Assembly (NCBI GenBank): GCA_049515535.1
Contig: JBEKTZ010000009.1
Span: 62,001-126,000 of the forward strand
Direction of reading: 5' to 3'
From: Candidatus Aminicenantales bacterium
GTDB lineage: Bacteria > Acidobacteriota > Aminicenantia > Aminicenantales > UBA4085
DNA: 64,000 bases
Shown here in pieces: positions 18,721 to 28,473 of the stretch. A program made the position numbers and the translations under genes. Numbering within the stretch: the stretch's first letter is position 1; each line of letters starts with the position of its first letter. The notes beneath the pieces are model-generated. The model saw only the letters and a program-made list of their open reading frames with translations. It was not told the origin of the DNA and searched no databases.

Positions 18721-19650
18721 ATGATCACGAAAAAACATCTTGCGGTCTTACTCGGGACTATTTTCGCCTTGGCTTCGTTTGTGAATGCCCAGCCCACAAC
18801 TCCGCTCGAACAGCCCCTGGCGAATTTTGACAAACTGGTTTCGCACTTGAAATCCGGGGCCGTGATCGGCGAGCCCATCACGGTCGGAACGACGACAATC
18901 ATCCCGTTCGCCAAGCTCACCTTCGGCCTGGGCGGCGGCGGGGCCATGATGGCCTATGGCGGCGGCATGGGCGGCAAAGCCATTCCCCAAGGCGTCTTGA
19001 TCATCGAAGGCGAAAACGTCAGGGTTGAGCTCTTCCCGGAGGAAGACAAAAAGCCTTCGTTCATCCTGGAGATGCTTCCGGTCTTCCTGAAGCTGCTGCC
19101 CGATATCATGGGGCCCAAGCCGCCCGCGGCTGCGCCCAAAGCCGGGGCAACGCCGGCCGGGCTTCCCTCCAACGCCTCGCTGGAGCAGGTGAAGAAACTG
19201 TTTGACGAGAAGAAATACCCTGAGGCCCTGGAGATGGCTGATGGTCTCCTCGCAAATAACCCCAACAACGCCGATCTTCACGCTTGGAAAGGCCATATCA
19301 TGGGGAACCTAGCCCAGGGGAATCCCGCCAATATGATCAAATACGGGATGGGAGCGAGTCAGGAATACGAAACGGCCCTGAAGCTGGATCCCCAAAACGC
19401 GGACGGCCATTTCGGACGAGGAATGGTTCGGCTTCAGGCTCCCCCCGGCTTTGGAGGAGACCTGGACGGCGCCATCAAGGACTTCGAAGCGGCGGGTGCG
19501 AAAATGCCGTTCGCCGAAGCCCAATATTATCTGGGCGAGGTCTATCGGAAAAAAGGTATGACCGACAAAGCCAAGGCCGCCTATCAGAAAGCTCTCGAAC
19601 TCAAGCCCGGCTATCCCGAAGCGGCCAAAGCCCTGGCGGAGATTAAATAG
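18721..19650 (+). CDS. GerW/YtfJ-like domain + TPR repeat protein with signal peptide
   Basis: VIGEPITVGTTTIIPF...FGLGGGG; C-terminal TPRs (AQYYLGEVY...AYQKALELKP). Confidence 0.75.
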   Translation: MITKKHLAVLLGTIFALASFVNAQPTTPLEQPLANFDKLVSHLKSGAVIGEPITVGTTTIIPFAKLTFGLGGGGAMMAYGGGMGGKAIPQGVLIIEGENVRVELFPEEDKKPSFILEMLPVFLKLLPDIMGPKPPAAAPKAGATPAGLPSNASLEQVKKLFDEKKYPEALEMADGLLANNPNNADLHAWKGHIMGNLAQGNPANMIKYGMGASQEYETALKLDPQNADGHFGRGMVRLQAPPGFGGDLDGAIKDFEAAGAKMPFAEAQYYLGEVYRKKGMTDKAKAAYQKALELKPGYPEAAKALAEIK

Positions 19651-19676
19651 GGCGGCGTCTGAACCGATTGTAGGGC

Positions 19677-19761
19677 GTAATTCCGGGTAATTCCGGGGAC
19701 ACTAACCATATCTCTTGAATTAAAGTTAGTGTCCTCCGAATTCAAGGTCGGCCTCTGACCC
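19677..19761. repeat. REP-like double hairpin, copy B
   Basis: Tandem GTAATTCCGG x2; AATTCCGGGGACACTAAC...GTTAGTGTCCTCCGAATT then CAAGGTC...TGACCC. Confidence 0.55.
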
Positions 19762-19901
19762 ATCATTTTTCTTGACTGTCCGCGGAATTTTCTATATAAA
19801 AGATAACTTATTGATTTCTATGATAGTTCGAGTTGTCCGCGAATCGGCCCTATGAGGCAGACGTCCTTATTCTATCCCCATCAATCCTTCACGGAGGTCT
19901 C

Positions 19902-22238
19902 ATGAACATATTCGGACTCGCCAGCCGCCACGGCCTGAGCAGTTTTGAACAGATCGCCATCATGGGCGTCTTGCTCACCGCCTTCATCAGCCTCCTATAT
20001 GCGTGGCTGTTGCGCAAAAGCGTCCTTAAGAAAGACAAAGGGACGGCCAAGATGCAGGAGGTGTGGAACGCCATCCGCGTCGGAGCCGACAGCTATCTCA
20101 ACCGCCAGCTGCGCACGATCCTCCCCGTCATCGGGGCCCTGACCGTATTCATGTTTCTGAGCGTCTATATCGTCCCCGTGAGCCGGGAAGCGTTCAAGGA
20201 GTTCGGGGCGAACGCGGCAATCGTCATCGCCATCGGCCGGACCCTGGCCTTCATCATGGGCGCCACGTTTTCTCTTCTCGTCGGCCAGCTCGGCATGCGG
20301 ATGGCTATCCAGGCCAACGTCCGCTCGGCGTCCGCGGCGCGGAGGAGCTTCAACGAGGCCCTCTCCATCGCCTATTACGCCGGAACGATCACCGGGATGC
20401 TGACGGACGGCCTGGGCCTCTTCGGCGGCACGATCATCTTCATCATCTTCGGCAAGGCCGCTCCGGACGCCCTCCTCGGTTTCGGATTCGGCGGCACGCT
20501 CCTGGCCCTCTTCATGCGCGTAGGCGGCGGCATCTACACCAAAGCCGCCGACGTCGGCGCGGACCTGGTCGGGAAAGTCGAGAAAGACATTCCCGAGGAC
20601 GACCCGAGGAACGCCGCGGTCATCGCCGACCTCGTCGGCGACAACGTCGGAGACTGCGCGGGCATGGCCGCCGATATCTTCGAGAGCTACGAAGTCACGA
20701 TCGTCTCGGGGCTGATGCTGGGCCTGGCCCTCATGGCCGTGGACCCGGCCCACAGTCTCAAATGGATCGTCTACCCGCTGATCATCCGGGCCATCGGGGT
20801 CATCAGCTCGATCCTGGGCACGTTCACCGTTCCCCTCTGGGTGAAGTTCCCGATCAAGTTCCTTCGCGCCCACGACGCCGAGGAAGCCATGTTCAGGTCC
20901 TACGAGGTCTCCAGCGTCAACACGATCTTCTTCTCTTTCCTGGTGGCCTTTTTCTACGCCCATGACTGGCGCATGGCCATGCTGACCTCGATCGGCGTCG
21001 GTCTGGCCGTCGCCTTCAACCCCCTGACGTCCTATTTCACGTCCACCAAGAAGACTCCCGTCAAGGAGATCGTCGATTCGACGCGGACCGGAGCGGCGAC
21101 TACGATTCTCTCGGGCCTGTCGGTCGGGATGGAATCCTCCGTTTGGGCGCTCGTCGCAGTCGTCATCAGCTTCATTTTCGCCCTGCTCCTCTACGGCGGC
21201 GAAGCCAACGCGACCTATGTCCTCTACGCCGTGGCCATGGTCGGTATCGGCATGCTGAGCCATACCGGAAACAACGTGGCCATGGACTCCTACGGCCCGA
21301 TCTCGGACAACGCCAACGGCATCGGGGAGATGGCCTGGCACGACCTCAACGATGAGGAGACCAAGAAGGCCCGGCAAATCATGGCCGACCTGGACGCCGT
21401 CGGAAACACGACGAAAGCCATAACCAAAGGGGTGGCCATCGCCTCGGCTGTCATCGCCGCGGTCAGCCTCTTCGCCACGTTCATTACCGATGTCGGCCGC
21501 GTCCAGGAGCAGCTCGGGATCGCGAAGATCGGGGCGATCCGCATTTCCGACACCAAAGTCTTCATCGGCTTTCTGCTGGGCGGCGCGCTGCCCTGGCTGT
21601 TCAGCTCCTTGTCCATCAAGGCCGTGAGCCGCGCGGCCAGCCTCATAGTCGAGGAAGTGCGGCGCCAGTTCCGCATCCCGGGAATGATGGAAGGCACGGT
21701 CAAGCCCGACTACGCCCGCGCCGTAGGCATCTCCACGGCGGCCGCCCAAAAGGAATTGATTCCCCTGGCCGTCATCTCCGTCCTCATGCCGATCGCCGTC
21801 GGACTGATCCTGCAAGTGGAGGCTCTGGGCGGCTTCCTGGCCGGCATCATCCTCAGCGGACAACTCCTGGCCGTTTTCATGGCCAACGCGGGCGGCGCCT
21901 GGGACAATGCCAAGAAATCCATCGAGGACGAGCCCCGCAATATCGCCGCGAACACCGGCAAGGGCTCGGAGCGCCATAAAGCCGGTGTGGTCGGCGACAC
22001 CGTCGGAGACCCGCTCAAAGACACCGCCGGTCCGGCCCTCAACCCCATGATCAAGGTCGCCAATCTGGTCAGTCTCATCGCGGCGCCGATCCTCGTCAAA
22101 TATAGCCATATGAGCATCGGTATCGTCATCCTGGTGGTCGCCATCCTCCTCAGCGTAGGCTGGGCGATCCGAAAGAGCAAACGCCCTGTCTCCCAAAAGA
22201 CGCTTCTGGGCGAGGACGCGGGCACAAAGAGAACATGA
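19902..22238 (+). CDS. hppA: membrane-integral pyrophosphatase, K+-independent type (probably H+-pumping)
   Basis: GGIYTKAADVGADLVGKVE, EDDPRN, DLVGDNVGD, DSYGP, GDTVGDPLKD; GNTTKA carries the Lys of K+-independent enzymes; GGAGG RBS. Confidence 0.92.
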   Translation: MNIFGLASRHGLSSFEQIAIMGVLLTAFISLLYAWLLRKSVLKKDKGTAKMQEVWNAIRVGADSYLNRQLRTILPVIGALTVFMFLSVYIVPVSREAFKEFGANAAIVIAIGRTLAFIMGATFSLLVGQLGMRMAIQANVRSASAARRSFNEALSIAYYAGTITGMLTDGLGLFGGTIIFIIFGKAAPDALLGFGFGGTLLALFMRVGGGIYTKAADVGADLVGKVEKDIPEDDPRNAAVIADLVGDNVGDCAGMAADIFESYEVTIVSGLMLGLALMAVDPAHSLKWIVYPLIIRAIGVISSILGTFTVPLWVKFPIKFLRAHDAEEAMFRSYEVSSVNTIFFSFLVAFFYAHDWRMAMLTSIGVGLAVAFNPLTSYFTSTKKTPVKEIVDSTRTGAATTILSGLSVGMESSVWALVAVVISFIFALLLYGGEANATYVLYAVAMVGIGMLSHTGNNVAMDSYGPISDNANGIGEMAWHDLNDEETKKARQIMADLDAVGNTTKAITKGVAIASAVIAAVSLFATFITDVGRVQEQLGIAKIGAIRISDTKVFIGFLLGGALPWLFSSLSIKAVSRAASLIVEEVRRQFRIPGMMEGTVKPDYARAVGISTAAAQKELIPLAVISVLMPIAVGLILQVEALGGFLAGIILSGQLLAVFMANAGGAWDNAKKSIEDEPRNIAANTGKGSERHKAGVVGDTVGDPLKDTAGPALNPMIKVANLVSLIAAPILVKYSHMSIGIVILVVAILLSVGWAIRKSKRPVSQKTLLGEDAGTKRT

Positions 22239-23365
22239 GCCGGACGAAGGTCGCGGTTATCCGGACAAAGCCCGCCACGGTCCTTGACGACATCGGCCGT
22301 TTATTCGAGCTGGCCGGCGGGCCGGCGGCCCTGGATAAAAGCCTGACCACGATCATCAAGGACAACATCAGCTGGCACTATCCATTTCCTTCGGCCAATA
22401 CCACTCCCTGGCAGCTGGAAGGGACGATCCGGACCCTCAAAAAGCACGGATTCGAAAAGATCTCTTGCGTCCAAAATAAGACCGAAGTCACCAACGCCCT
22501 GAAAGGCGAAGATCTGAACCTGTACAGGCCGATCTTCGAGGCCTATAAACTCGAGGTTTTGTTTAACTTTCGCTCAGAGGACATGACCTGGATCGATTAC
22601 AGGCCGAAGGCCAAAATGCTTGTCCTCGACAAGATTTACGGCGAGTGCGTCCCCATCCCCGATTACTTCGTGGGCAAGAACATCCTCCATCTGCCGACCA
22701 CCAAATGCCACATTTACACGACCACTACGGGGGCCATGAAGAACGCCTTCGGCGGCCTACTGAGCCATAAGAGGCACCAGACCCACACTTATATCCACGA
22801 AACGCTGGTCGATCTGTTGGCCATCCAAAAGGAGATCCATCCCGGTCTGTTCTGCATTATGGACGGGACGACCGCCGGGAACGGCCCCGGGCCGCGCGTC
22901 ATGATGCCCGTGACAAAGAACGTTCTGCTGGCCGGCGCCGACCAGGTGGCCATCGACGCCGTCGCCTCGAAGATGATGGGCTTCGATCCCATGTCGATCA
23001 AGTACATCCGCCTGGCCCACGAGGCGGGGCTGGGCGTCGGCCGGCCCGAGGAGATAGAGATCATCGGCGACCCGGACGCCGCGGCGGAGAACTGGGGCTT
23101 CGAGGTCGGCGTGTCTTTTCACAAGTTCGCCGGCTGGGTCACCTGGTTCGGTCCGACCCGCGTTTTGCAGAAGTTCCTCACCCGCCCTCCGATCCTTTAC
23201 CTTGGGAACTTCTATTCTTTCCTCTATCACGACGTCATCCATTGGCCGCTCAAGGAAAGCAAGCTCTATAAGAAGTGGTTGACCGATTCGGAATGGGGGC
23301 AACTGTTTAGAAAATATAAGGACGAGGGCTGCCGGAGTAAGGACTTCCGAGCTGATTTGAAATAA
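22235..23365 (+). CDS. DUF362 domain protein
   Basis: IIKDNISW..P..NTTP, LPTTKCH..T.TGAMKNAFGG, DQVAIDAVA...MGFDP; ATGA overlap with hppA. Confidence 0.75.
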   Translation: MSRTKVAVIRTKPATVLDDIGRLFELAGGPAALDKSLTTIIKDNISWHYPFPSANTTPWQLEGTIRTLKKHGFEKISCVQNKTEVTNALKGEDLNLYRPIFEAYKLEVLFNFRSEDMTWIDYRPKAKMLVLDKIYGECVPIPDYFVGKNILHLPTTKCHIYTTTTGAMKNAFGGLLSHKRHQTHTYIHETLVDLLAIQKEIHPGLFCIMDGTTAGNGPGPRVMMPVTKNVLLAGADQVAIDAVASKMMGFDPMSIKYIRLAHEAGLGVGRPEEIEIIGDPDAAAENWGFEVGVSFHKFAGWVTWFGPTRVLQKFLTRPPILYLGNFYSFLYHDVIHWPLKESKLYKKWLTDSEWGQLFRKYKDEGCRSKDFRADLK

Positions 23366-23386
23366 AAAAAGGCCCGCCGCCAACCC

Positions 23387-23439
23387 AAAAAAAATCCCCC
23401 CTTGCCCCCGCTTTCTGGGCGAGGGACAAGGGAGGATTT
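23387..23439 (-). terminator. intrinsic terminator hairpin
   Basis: Stem AAATCCCCCCTTGCCCCCGC/GCGAGGGACAAGGGAGGATTT followed by a T-tract on the minus strand, between convergent genes. Confidence 0.6.
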
Positions 23440-23449
23440 CAAAGAGCGC

Positions 23450-26400
23450 TTAATTGTTTCCGAGCATCGGGTCCTGGCGGACCACGATCTTGCCGGTGAA
23501 CGTTTTGTCGCCTACCGTCATTTTCACCGCATAAGCCCCGGGCTCGGCCATGGCTCCGCCCGCGCCGCCGCGGCCGCCGCCAAAACCGCCGCCCCCGCCT
23601 CCGAATCCGGCGCCGCCGCCGATGCCGATGGACTGCATGACGGTCTGTTGAATCTCAAGAACCCTGCGGTAATTGTTTCCGGCCGCGTCGATTTGTTTGA
23701 GCGCAGCCTGCACGGCCGCCTTCTGCTCGTCGCTCAGTTCGCTCCGTTGGGCGATCGTCTCGAATTGCCGCTTGGCGTTCGCGATCGCGGTCTGGACGCC
23801 TCCGGCCGGAGGATCGAACCGGAAATCCCAGATCAGGCGGTTGATGCCCGGCTTGGCGTTGTCGATCATGAAAGTGGTTTTCTGCTGTCCCGTGATGTCC
23901 GTGATCTCGATCGTCACCGGGCCGGCCGGTTTGTCTTTCAGGTAGTAGTGGATCAGCGCGCCGGTCGGCGGGTTCTCGCCCCTATAAAAGAGGTTGCCGC
24001 GCCCGTAGCCGCCGCGTTGAATGCGCAGCCAGCGCGTCGCCGGACGGTCATTTTGGAAAAGGAAGGCATCCGAGCTCAGGACCTCGTCCTTCGCCTGCTG
24101 GAGGGCGGAGATATCGTCCATGATCCAGAAGCCGCGCCCGTGTGTCGCCGCGATCAAATCATTGTCGCGGGGGTGGATCAGCAGGTCATGGACGGCCACA
24201 GTCGGCAGATTGGGAGATAAGTTCGTCCAGCTTTTGCCGCCGTTGATGGAGAAGAACACGGAAAATTCCGTGCCGAGGAAGAGAAGATTCTTGTTCTTCA
24301 GGTCCTCCCGGACGACATAGACCGGCCCGCCGTCCGGCAGATTGCTCGCGATGTTCGTCCAGGTCTTGCCGTAGTCCGTCGTCTTGAAGACATAAGGCTT
24401 GAAATTGTCGCTGCGGTGCCCGTCGAACGCCAGGTAGCACGTCCCCTCATCGAAATGCGAGGCTTCGACGCGGCTCACCCAGGTGAAGGGAGGCACGCCG
24501 GGCACGTTGGGCCGGACGTCGGCCCAGGTGACGCCGCCGTTGCGCGTGAGCCGGACATTGCCGTCGTCCGTGCCGACCCAAATGACGCCGGGAATCTTGG
24601 GCGATTCGGCGATCGTGATGATCGTACAGTGGGTCTCGGCGCCCGTGTTTTCGACCGTGATGCCGCCGCTCGGCTTGTTCTTATTCGGATCGTTCGTCGT
24701 CAGGTCGGGGCTGATGATCATCCAGTGGTCGCCGCGATCCAGAGACCTGAAGAGATGGTTGCCGCCCATGTAAATCGTGCGCGGGTTGTTCGGGGAGATC
24801 AGGATCGGCGTGCTCCAGTTGAAGCGGAAAGGCCCTCTGGCCTGTTGTCCCATCTGACCCATGGCCGCTCCGGCCTGGCCTCCCTGCCCCTGCGTCTGGG
24901 CCTGACCTCGCTGTCCGCCCCCGCGCTGACCTTGCTGGGCCGGTGCGGCCGCTTGCGCCGGAGGCTGACCGCCGCGCTGGCCTTGCGGCGGCGCCGGAAC
25001 GGAAGCCGGAGCGCCGGGGAAATATTCCGCGTAGTTGAGGATGTTCATCTGGCTGGGACGGATGGACCGGCTCTCCCGGGTTTCGACGTTCGTCCTCTGG
25101 GCCGACCCGCCTTGGCTTTCGCCGTAAAGCGTCCGCCAGTCGGAGGGATCGTTCTGGGTATGGAATCCATCGCCGCCGCCGACGTTGTACCAGAAATCGG
25201 TCAGGATCTCGCCCTCGCGGTTCATGGAAGGCCCTCCCCACGTGCCGTTATCCTGCAATCCGCCATAGACATAATACGGGTCGCGCAAGTCCACGCTGAC
25301 CGCATAGAACTGGGCAAAGCACAGGTTGTCGAAGAAAACCCATGTCTTGCCGTGGTCATATGTGATGGACGCGCCGCCGTCCTGCCCGACATAGAAACGG
25401 TTCTTGTTCGTCGGGTCGAGCCACATCGTATGGAAATCGGGATGCATTCCGGTCATGGTCTTGAAAGTCCGGCCGCCGTCCTCGGAGTAAGAGAGGTTCG
25501 CCGTCAGGAAATAAACGAGCTTGTCGTCGAGCGGATTGATGAAAATATGGCTGTAGTAGAACGGCCGGCTGTTCGTCCGGTTCATGAACATCCACGTCGC
25601 GCCGGCGTCTTCGGACCGATAGATGCCGGTGCCGAGTTTCGTCATATCCTTATAGTCGGGATTGTCCTTGGTGACGCCGTTCTCGGTGATCTGGGGACGC
25701 GGCTGGAAACCGTGCTCGACGACGGCTTCCAGGACTTTCGGATTGCTGCGCGAAATGGCGATTCCGATGCGGCCGAGGTCGCCGGTCGGGAGTCCCTTGG
25801 TCAGCCTGGTCCAGGTCTTTCCGCCGTCCGTCGTTTTATAAATGCCGCCGTTCGGCCCGCCGGAATCGAACCGCCAGGGCTGGCGCATTCTCTGCCAGAA
25901 GGTGACAAACAGGACTTCGGGATTCGCGGGATCCATGACGAGGTCCATGGCGCCCGTCTTGCCGTCGTTGGGCAGGCCGCCTCCCAGCTTCTGCCAGGTT
26001 TTGCCGCCGTCCATCGTCTTGAACAGGCCGCGATCCCCGGTATAACCCCAGGGATGCCCGGCCGCGCTCACATAGCAGATGTTGGGATCGGAGGGATGGG
26101 GCAGGACCTTGCCGATCGTCTGCGTCGACTCCAGGCCCATGCGGGTGAACGTCTTGCCGCCGTCGGCGGATTTGTACACGCCGTCACCCCAAGCGACGCT
26201 GTTGCGGACGCATTCTTCGCCCGTGCCCACCCAGATGATATTCGGGTCTTTCTGGAAGAAAGCCACGTCGCCGATCGAGGCCGAGCCGTATTTATCAAAA
26301 ATCGGCTCCCACGTCGTGCCGGCATTGACCGACTTGAAGACGCCGCCCGAGGCGCCGGCGACGAGAACCTGGGTAAAATCCCTGTCCAGGGCGTCGAAGG

Positions 26401-26566
26401 CCGAGATTCGTCCGACCATATTGGCCGGCCCGATGTTTCGCCATTTCAGATCCTTGACCAGGTTCGCGTCCGTGCTGGGGTTCTGGGAAAAGAACGGGCC
26501 CGCGAGAAAGAGCGCGAACATCGCCAAAAATCCGATGCGTAAAACCGAACGTGAATTCCTGTGCAC
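23450..26566 (-). CDS. secreted VPS10/BNR (Asp-box) beta-propeller protein, glycosyl hydrolase-like
   Basis: WRNIGPANMVGRI; many S/T-x-D/N-G-G-x-T-W Asp boxes; GGLQDNG; GTG start at 26566 after AAGGAGG, then a signal peptide. Confidence 0.85.
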   Translation of the reverse strand: MHRNSRSVLRIGFLAMFALFLAGPFFSQNPSTDANLVKDLKWRNIGPANMVGRISAFDALDRDFTQVLVAGASGGVFKSVNAGTTWEPIFDKYGSASIGDVAFFQKDPNIIWVGTGEECVRNSVAWGDGVYKSADGGKTFTRMGLESTQTIGKVLPHPSDPNICYVSAAGHPWGYTGDRGLFKTMDGGKTWQKLGGGLPNDGKTGAMDLVMDPANPEVLFVTFWQRMRQPWRFDSGGPNGGIYKTTDGGKTWTRLTKGLPTGDLGRIGIAISRSNPKVLEAVVEHGFQPRPQITENGVTKDNPDYKDMTKLGTGIYRSEDAGATWMFMNRTNSRPFYYSHIFINPLDDKLVYFLTANLSYSEDGGRTFKTMTGMHPDFHTMWLDPTNKNRFYVGQDGGASITYDHGKTWVFFDNLCFAQFYAVSVDLRDPYYVYGGLQDNGTWGGPSMNREGEILTDFWYNVGGGDGFHTQNDPSDWRTLYGESQGGSAQRTNVETRESRSIRPSQMNILNYAEYFPGAPASVPAPPQGQRGGQPPAQAAAPAQQGQRGGGQRGQAQTQGQGGQAGAAMGQMGQQARGPFRFNWSTPILISPNNPRTIYMGGNHLFRSLDRGDHWMIISPDLTTNDPNKNKPSGGITVENTGAETHCTIITIAESPKIPGVIWVGTDDGNVRLTRNGGVTWADVRPNVPGVPPFTWVSRVEASHFDEGTCYLAFDGHRSDNFKPYVFKTTDYGKTWTNIASNLPDGGPVYVVREDLKNKNLLFLGTEFSVFFSINGGKSWTNLSPNLPTVAVHDLLIHPRDNDLIAATHGRGFWIMDDISALQQAKDEVLSSDAFLFQNDRPATRWLRIQRGGYGRGNLFYRGENPPTGALIHYYLKDKPAGPVTIEITDITGQQKTTFMIDNAKPGINRLIWDFRFDPPAGGVQTAIANAKRQFETIAQRSELSDEQKAAVQAALKQIDAAGNNYRRVLEIQQTVMQSIGIGGGAGFGGGGGGFGGGRGGAGGAMAEPGAYAVKMTVGDKTFTGKIVVRQDPMLGNN

Positions 26567-26762
26567 TCCTTGCCTCCTTGATGAAATATGATGGGTCGAC
26601 CTTTCCTTTGCGCTATCGGGGCGAAACGGGGATCGGTCGAAAGACACCGGCATAAACATGATTCCATGGTTTTGACGTCTGCAGGAAGAGGATTCTTCCA
26701 AGCTTCTCATCGATTTGGGACGAATTATATATAAAATTCAAAATATATCCAACCGGCGCGGA

Positions 26763-26788
26763 GCCTGACCGCAGTACAGTTTCGGGGA
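26763..26788. repeat. 26-bp dispersed intergenic repeat, copy 2
   Basis: GCCTGACCGCAGTACAGTTTCGGGGA, inverted relative to 9215-9240. Confidence 0.6.
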
Positions 26789-26877
26789 GCGGAGCTCATC
26801 GAGAAATTCGATTTTACAGGACGAAAAAAATATGTCAGAATAACTTATAAAAAATCATTCGGCTGCAAGGAGAATAA

Positions 26878-27273
26878 ATGAAAAACGCACGGCTTATGGC
26901 CATGGGAAGTATTCTTCTTTTTTTTGTAGCCTGCGCGCCGAATCTCGTTCCGTCCGGCTGGGACTTCCTGGGCAAGCGCGACGTGAGCTTCGGGGCCGAC
27001 CACGATGTCTTCAGGATTCTGCCCAGGGAAAGGGCTCTCCACCGTCTCCTCATCGTCGTCAAGATGAACGACGTGGAATTATTCGATGTCAAGGTGTCGT
27101 TTGAGAAGGGAGACGAGTTCGACGCCAAGTTCCGGGGCCGATTTCTCGCTGACCGGGATACGCAGATCATCGACCTGCCCGGAGGCGAGAGGCGCGTCAC
27201 GAGAGTCGATTTCCGCTACAAGAGCTTGAAACAGTCCGCCCGCCGGGCCGTCATCGAGCTTTGGGGAAAATAG
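26878..27273 (+). CDS. putative lipoprotein, DUF2541-like beta-sandwich
   Basis: Lipobox FFVAC; W..LG...V.F..DHD, IDLPGG.R.V.RVDF.Y, ELWG. Confidence 0.6.
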   Translation: MKNARLMAMGSILLFFVACAPNLVPSGWDFLGKRDVSFGADHDVFRILPRERALHRLLIVVKMNDVELFDVKVSFEKGDEFDAKFRGRFLADRDTQIIDLPGGERRVTRVDFRYKSLKQSARRAVIELWGK

Positions 27274-27360
27274 GAAGACTCTCGCTCTTCCCTTTTTCGA
27301 AACGGCCTGCGCCAAGCGGCGCTCGTCATCGACAAGAAGCGACGCGCTCCGGTGTTGCCA

Positions 27361-28386
27361 TCAGGGTTTAATGGCGACGATCTGGAACTTGGCCGATTCT
27401 TTCAGCTTGGCCATCTGCGAGTCGAACGCCACCGCCTGCTTTTGTTCTTTGAGCTTGGCTTCGATCTGGGATTTGACCTGGTCCAGGGGCAGGGTTTCTT
27501 TTTTCCGGCTCTCGACCTTAATGATGTGATAGCCGTAGGTCGTTTCGACGATATCGCTGATCTGGCCGACGGGAACCGAGAACGCGGCATCCTCGAAAGG
27601 CTTCACCATCTTGCCGTGTTCGACATCTTCATAAAGTCCGCCGTTGTCCTTGGAGCCGGGATCTTCGGATAACTGCTTGGCCAGCTCCGCGAAATCCGCC
27701 CCTTTTTTCAACCGCGCCAGAATGTCCTCCGTCTTTTTCCGGATCTCCTTTTTCTCGGCGTCGGTCTTCCCTTGGGTCAGGAGGAGAATATGGCGGACCG
27801 AAGCGGTCTTGTCCGTCTGGTAGGCCTTCAGGACCTCCGCATCGGTCACCTGGTTGGCCGGAGCCAGGATCCCTTCCAGATATTTCTGGATCATCATATC
27901 TTCTTCGATGCTTTTCTTGACGTATTCGATCCCGATGCCGTTCGTCTTCAGCATTGCCATGAATTGCGCTTCACCCCCCGCCTGGGCATACTGGGCATCG
28001 AGGGCGGACTTGAGCTCTTCGGGCTTCGCGGCCTTCTTGGCCTCGCTCGCGGCCGCTAAAAGCAGCTTCCGTTCGCCGAGTTGAACCGCAGCCTGTCCGA
28101 CGACGCTCTTCAGCCGCTGGGGATCTAGGTCCTTGAGCTGCGCGGAGCGGCTCCCCATGGAATCCAGGAACATCTGGAGGATTTCGACCGCCGTGATATC
28201 GAATTTCTTCGTCGAGATCAGAACGGTCGTTTTCTCGGGGTCGAGAACGGGCAGGGTTTTCGTCAGATCCTTGGCCAATTGATAAGCGGGCGTGCCGGCC
28301 GCGACCTTGACGGCCGCTTCCTTCTTGGAATTACAGCCGGTTACGGCCAACGCCGCGACGAGAATGAAAGCCAGGAATTTCTTCAT
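27361..28386 (-). CDS. parvulin-type peptidyl-prolyl isomerase lipoprotein (PrsA/SurA-like)
   Basis: Lipobox AVTGC; VRHILL, FAELAKQLSEDPGS..NGG, MVKPFEDAAF, TTYGYHII. Confidence 0.88.
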   Translation of the reverse strand: MKKFLAFILVAALAVTGCNSKKEAAVKVAAGTPAYQLAKDLTKTLPVLDPEKTTVLISTKKFDITAVEILQMFLDSMGSRSAQLKDLDPQRLKSVVGQAAVQLGERKLLLAAASEAKKAAKPEELKSALDAQYAQAGGEAQFMAMLKTNGIGIEYVKKSIEEDMMIQKYLEGILAPANQVTDAEVLKAYQTDKTASVRHILLLTQGKTDAEKKEIRKKTEDILARLKKGADFAELAKQLSEDPGSKDNGGLYEDVEHGKMVKPFEDAAFSVPVGQISDIVETTYGYHIIKVESRKKETLPLDQVKSQIEAKLKEQKQAVAFDSQMAKLKESAKFQIVAIKP

Positions 28387-28473
28387 AATCATCTCCTTAA
28401 CGAAAAAATAAACGTTAAGTTAACCACACTCGGGCGGGAATTACAAAGAATATTTTTTCCGTGCGGACGGCGT

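Noticed and set aside
19995..22196. Long antisense or alternative-frame ORFs (also 7783-9144, 24416-26542, 33543-35477, 35926-37512, 61009-63282)
   Set aside because: They mirror well-supported genes, as expected from codon bias in GC-rich DNA, and have no recognisable motifs.
28397..28425. AACGTTAAGTTAAC palindrome-like tract as a MerR-family operator
   Set aside because: Short, AT-rich, and only weakly similar to the sequence upstream of merR; insufficient support.
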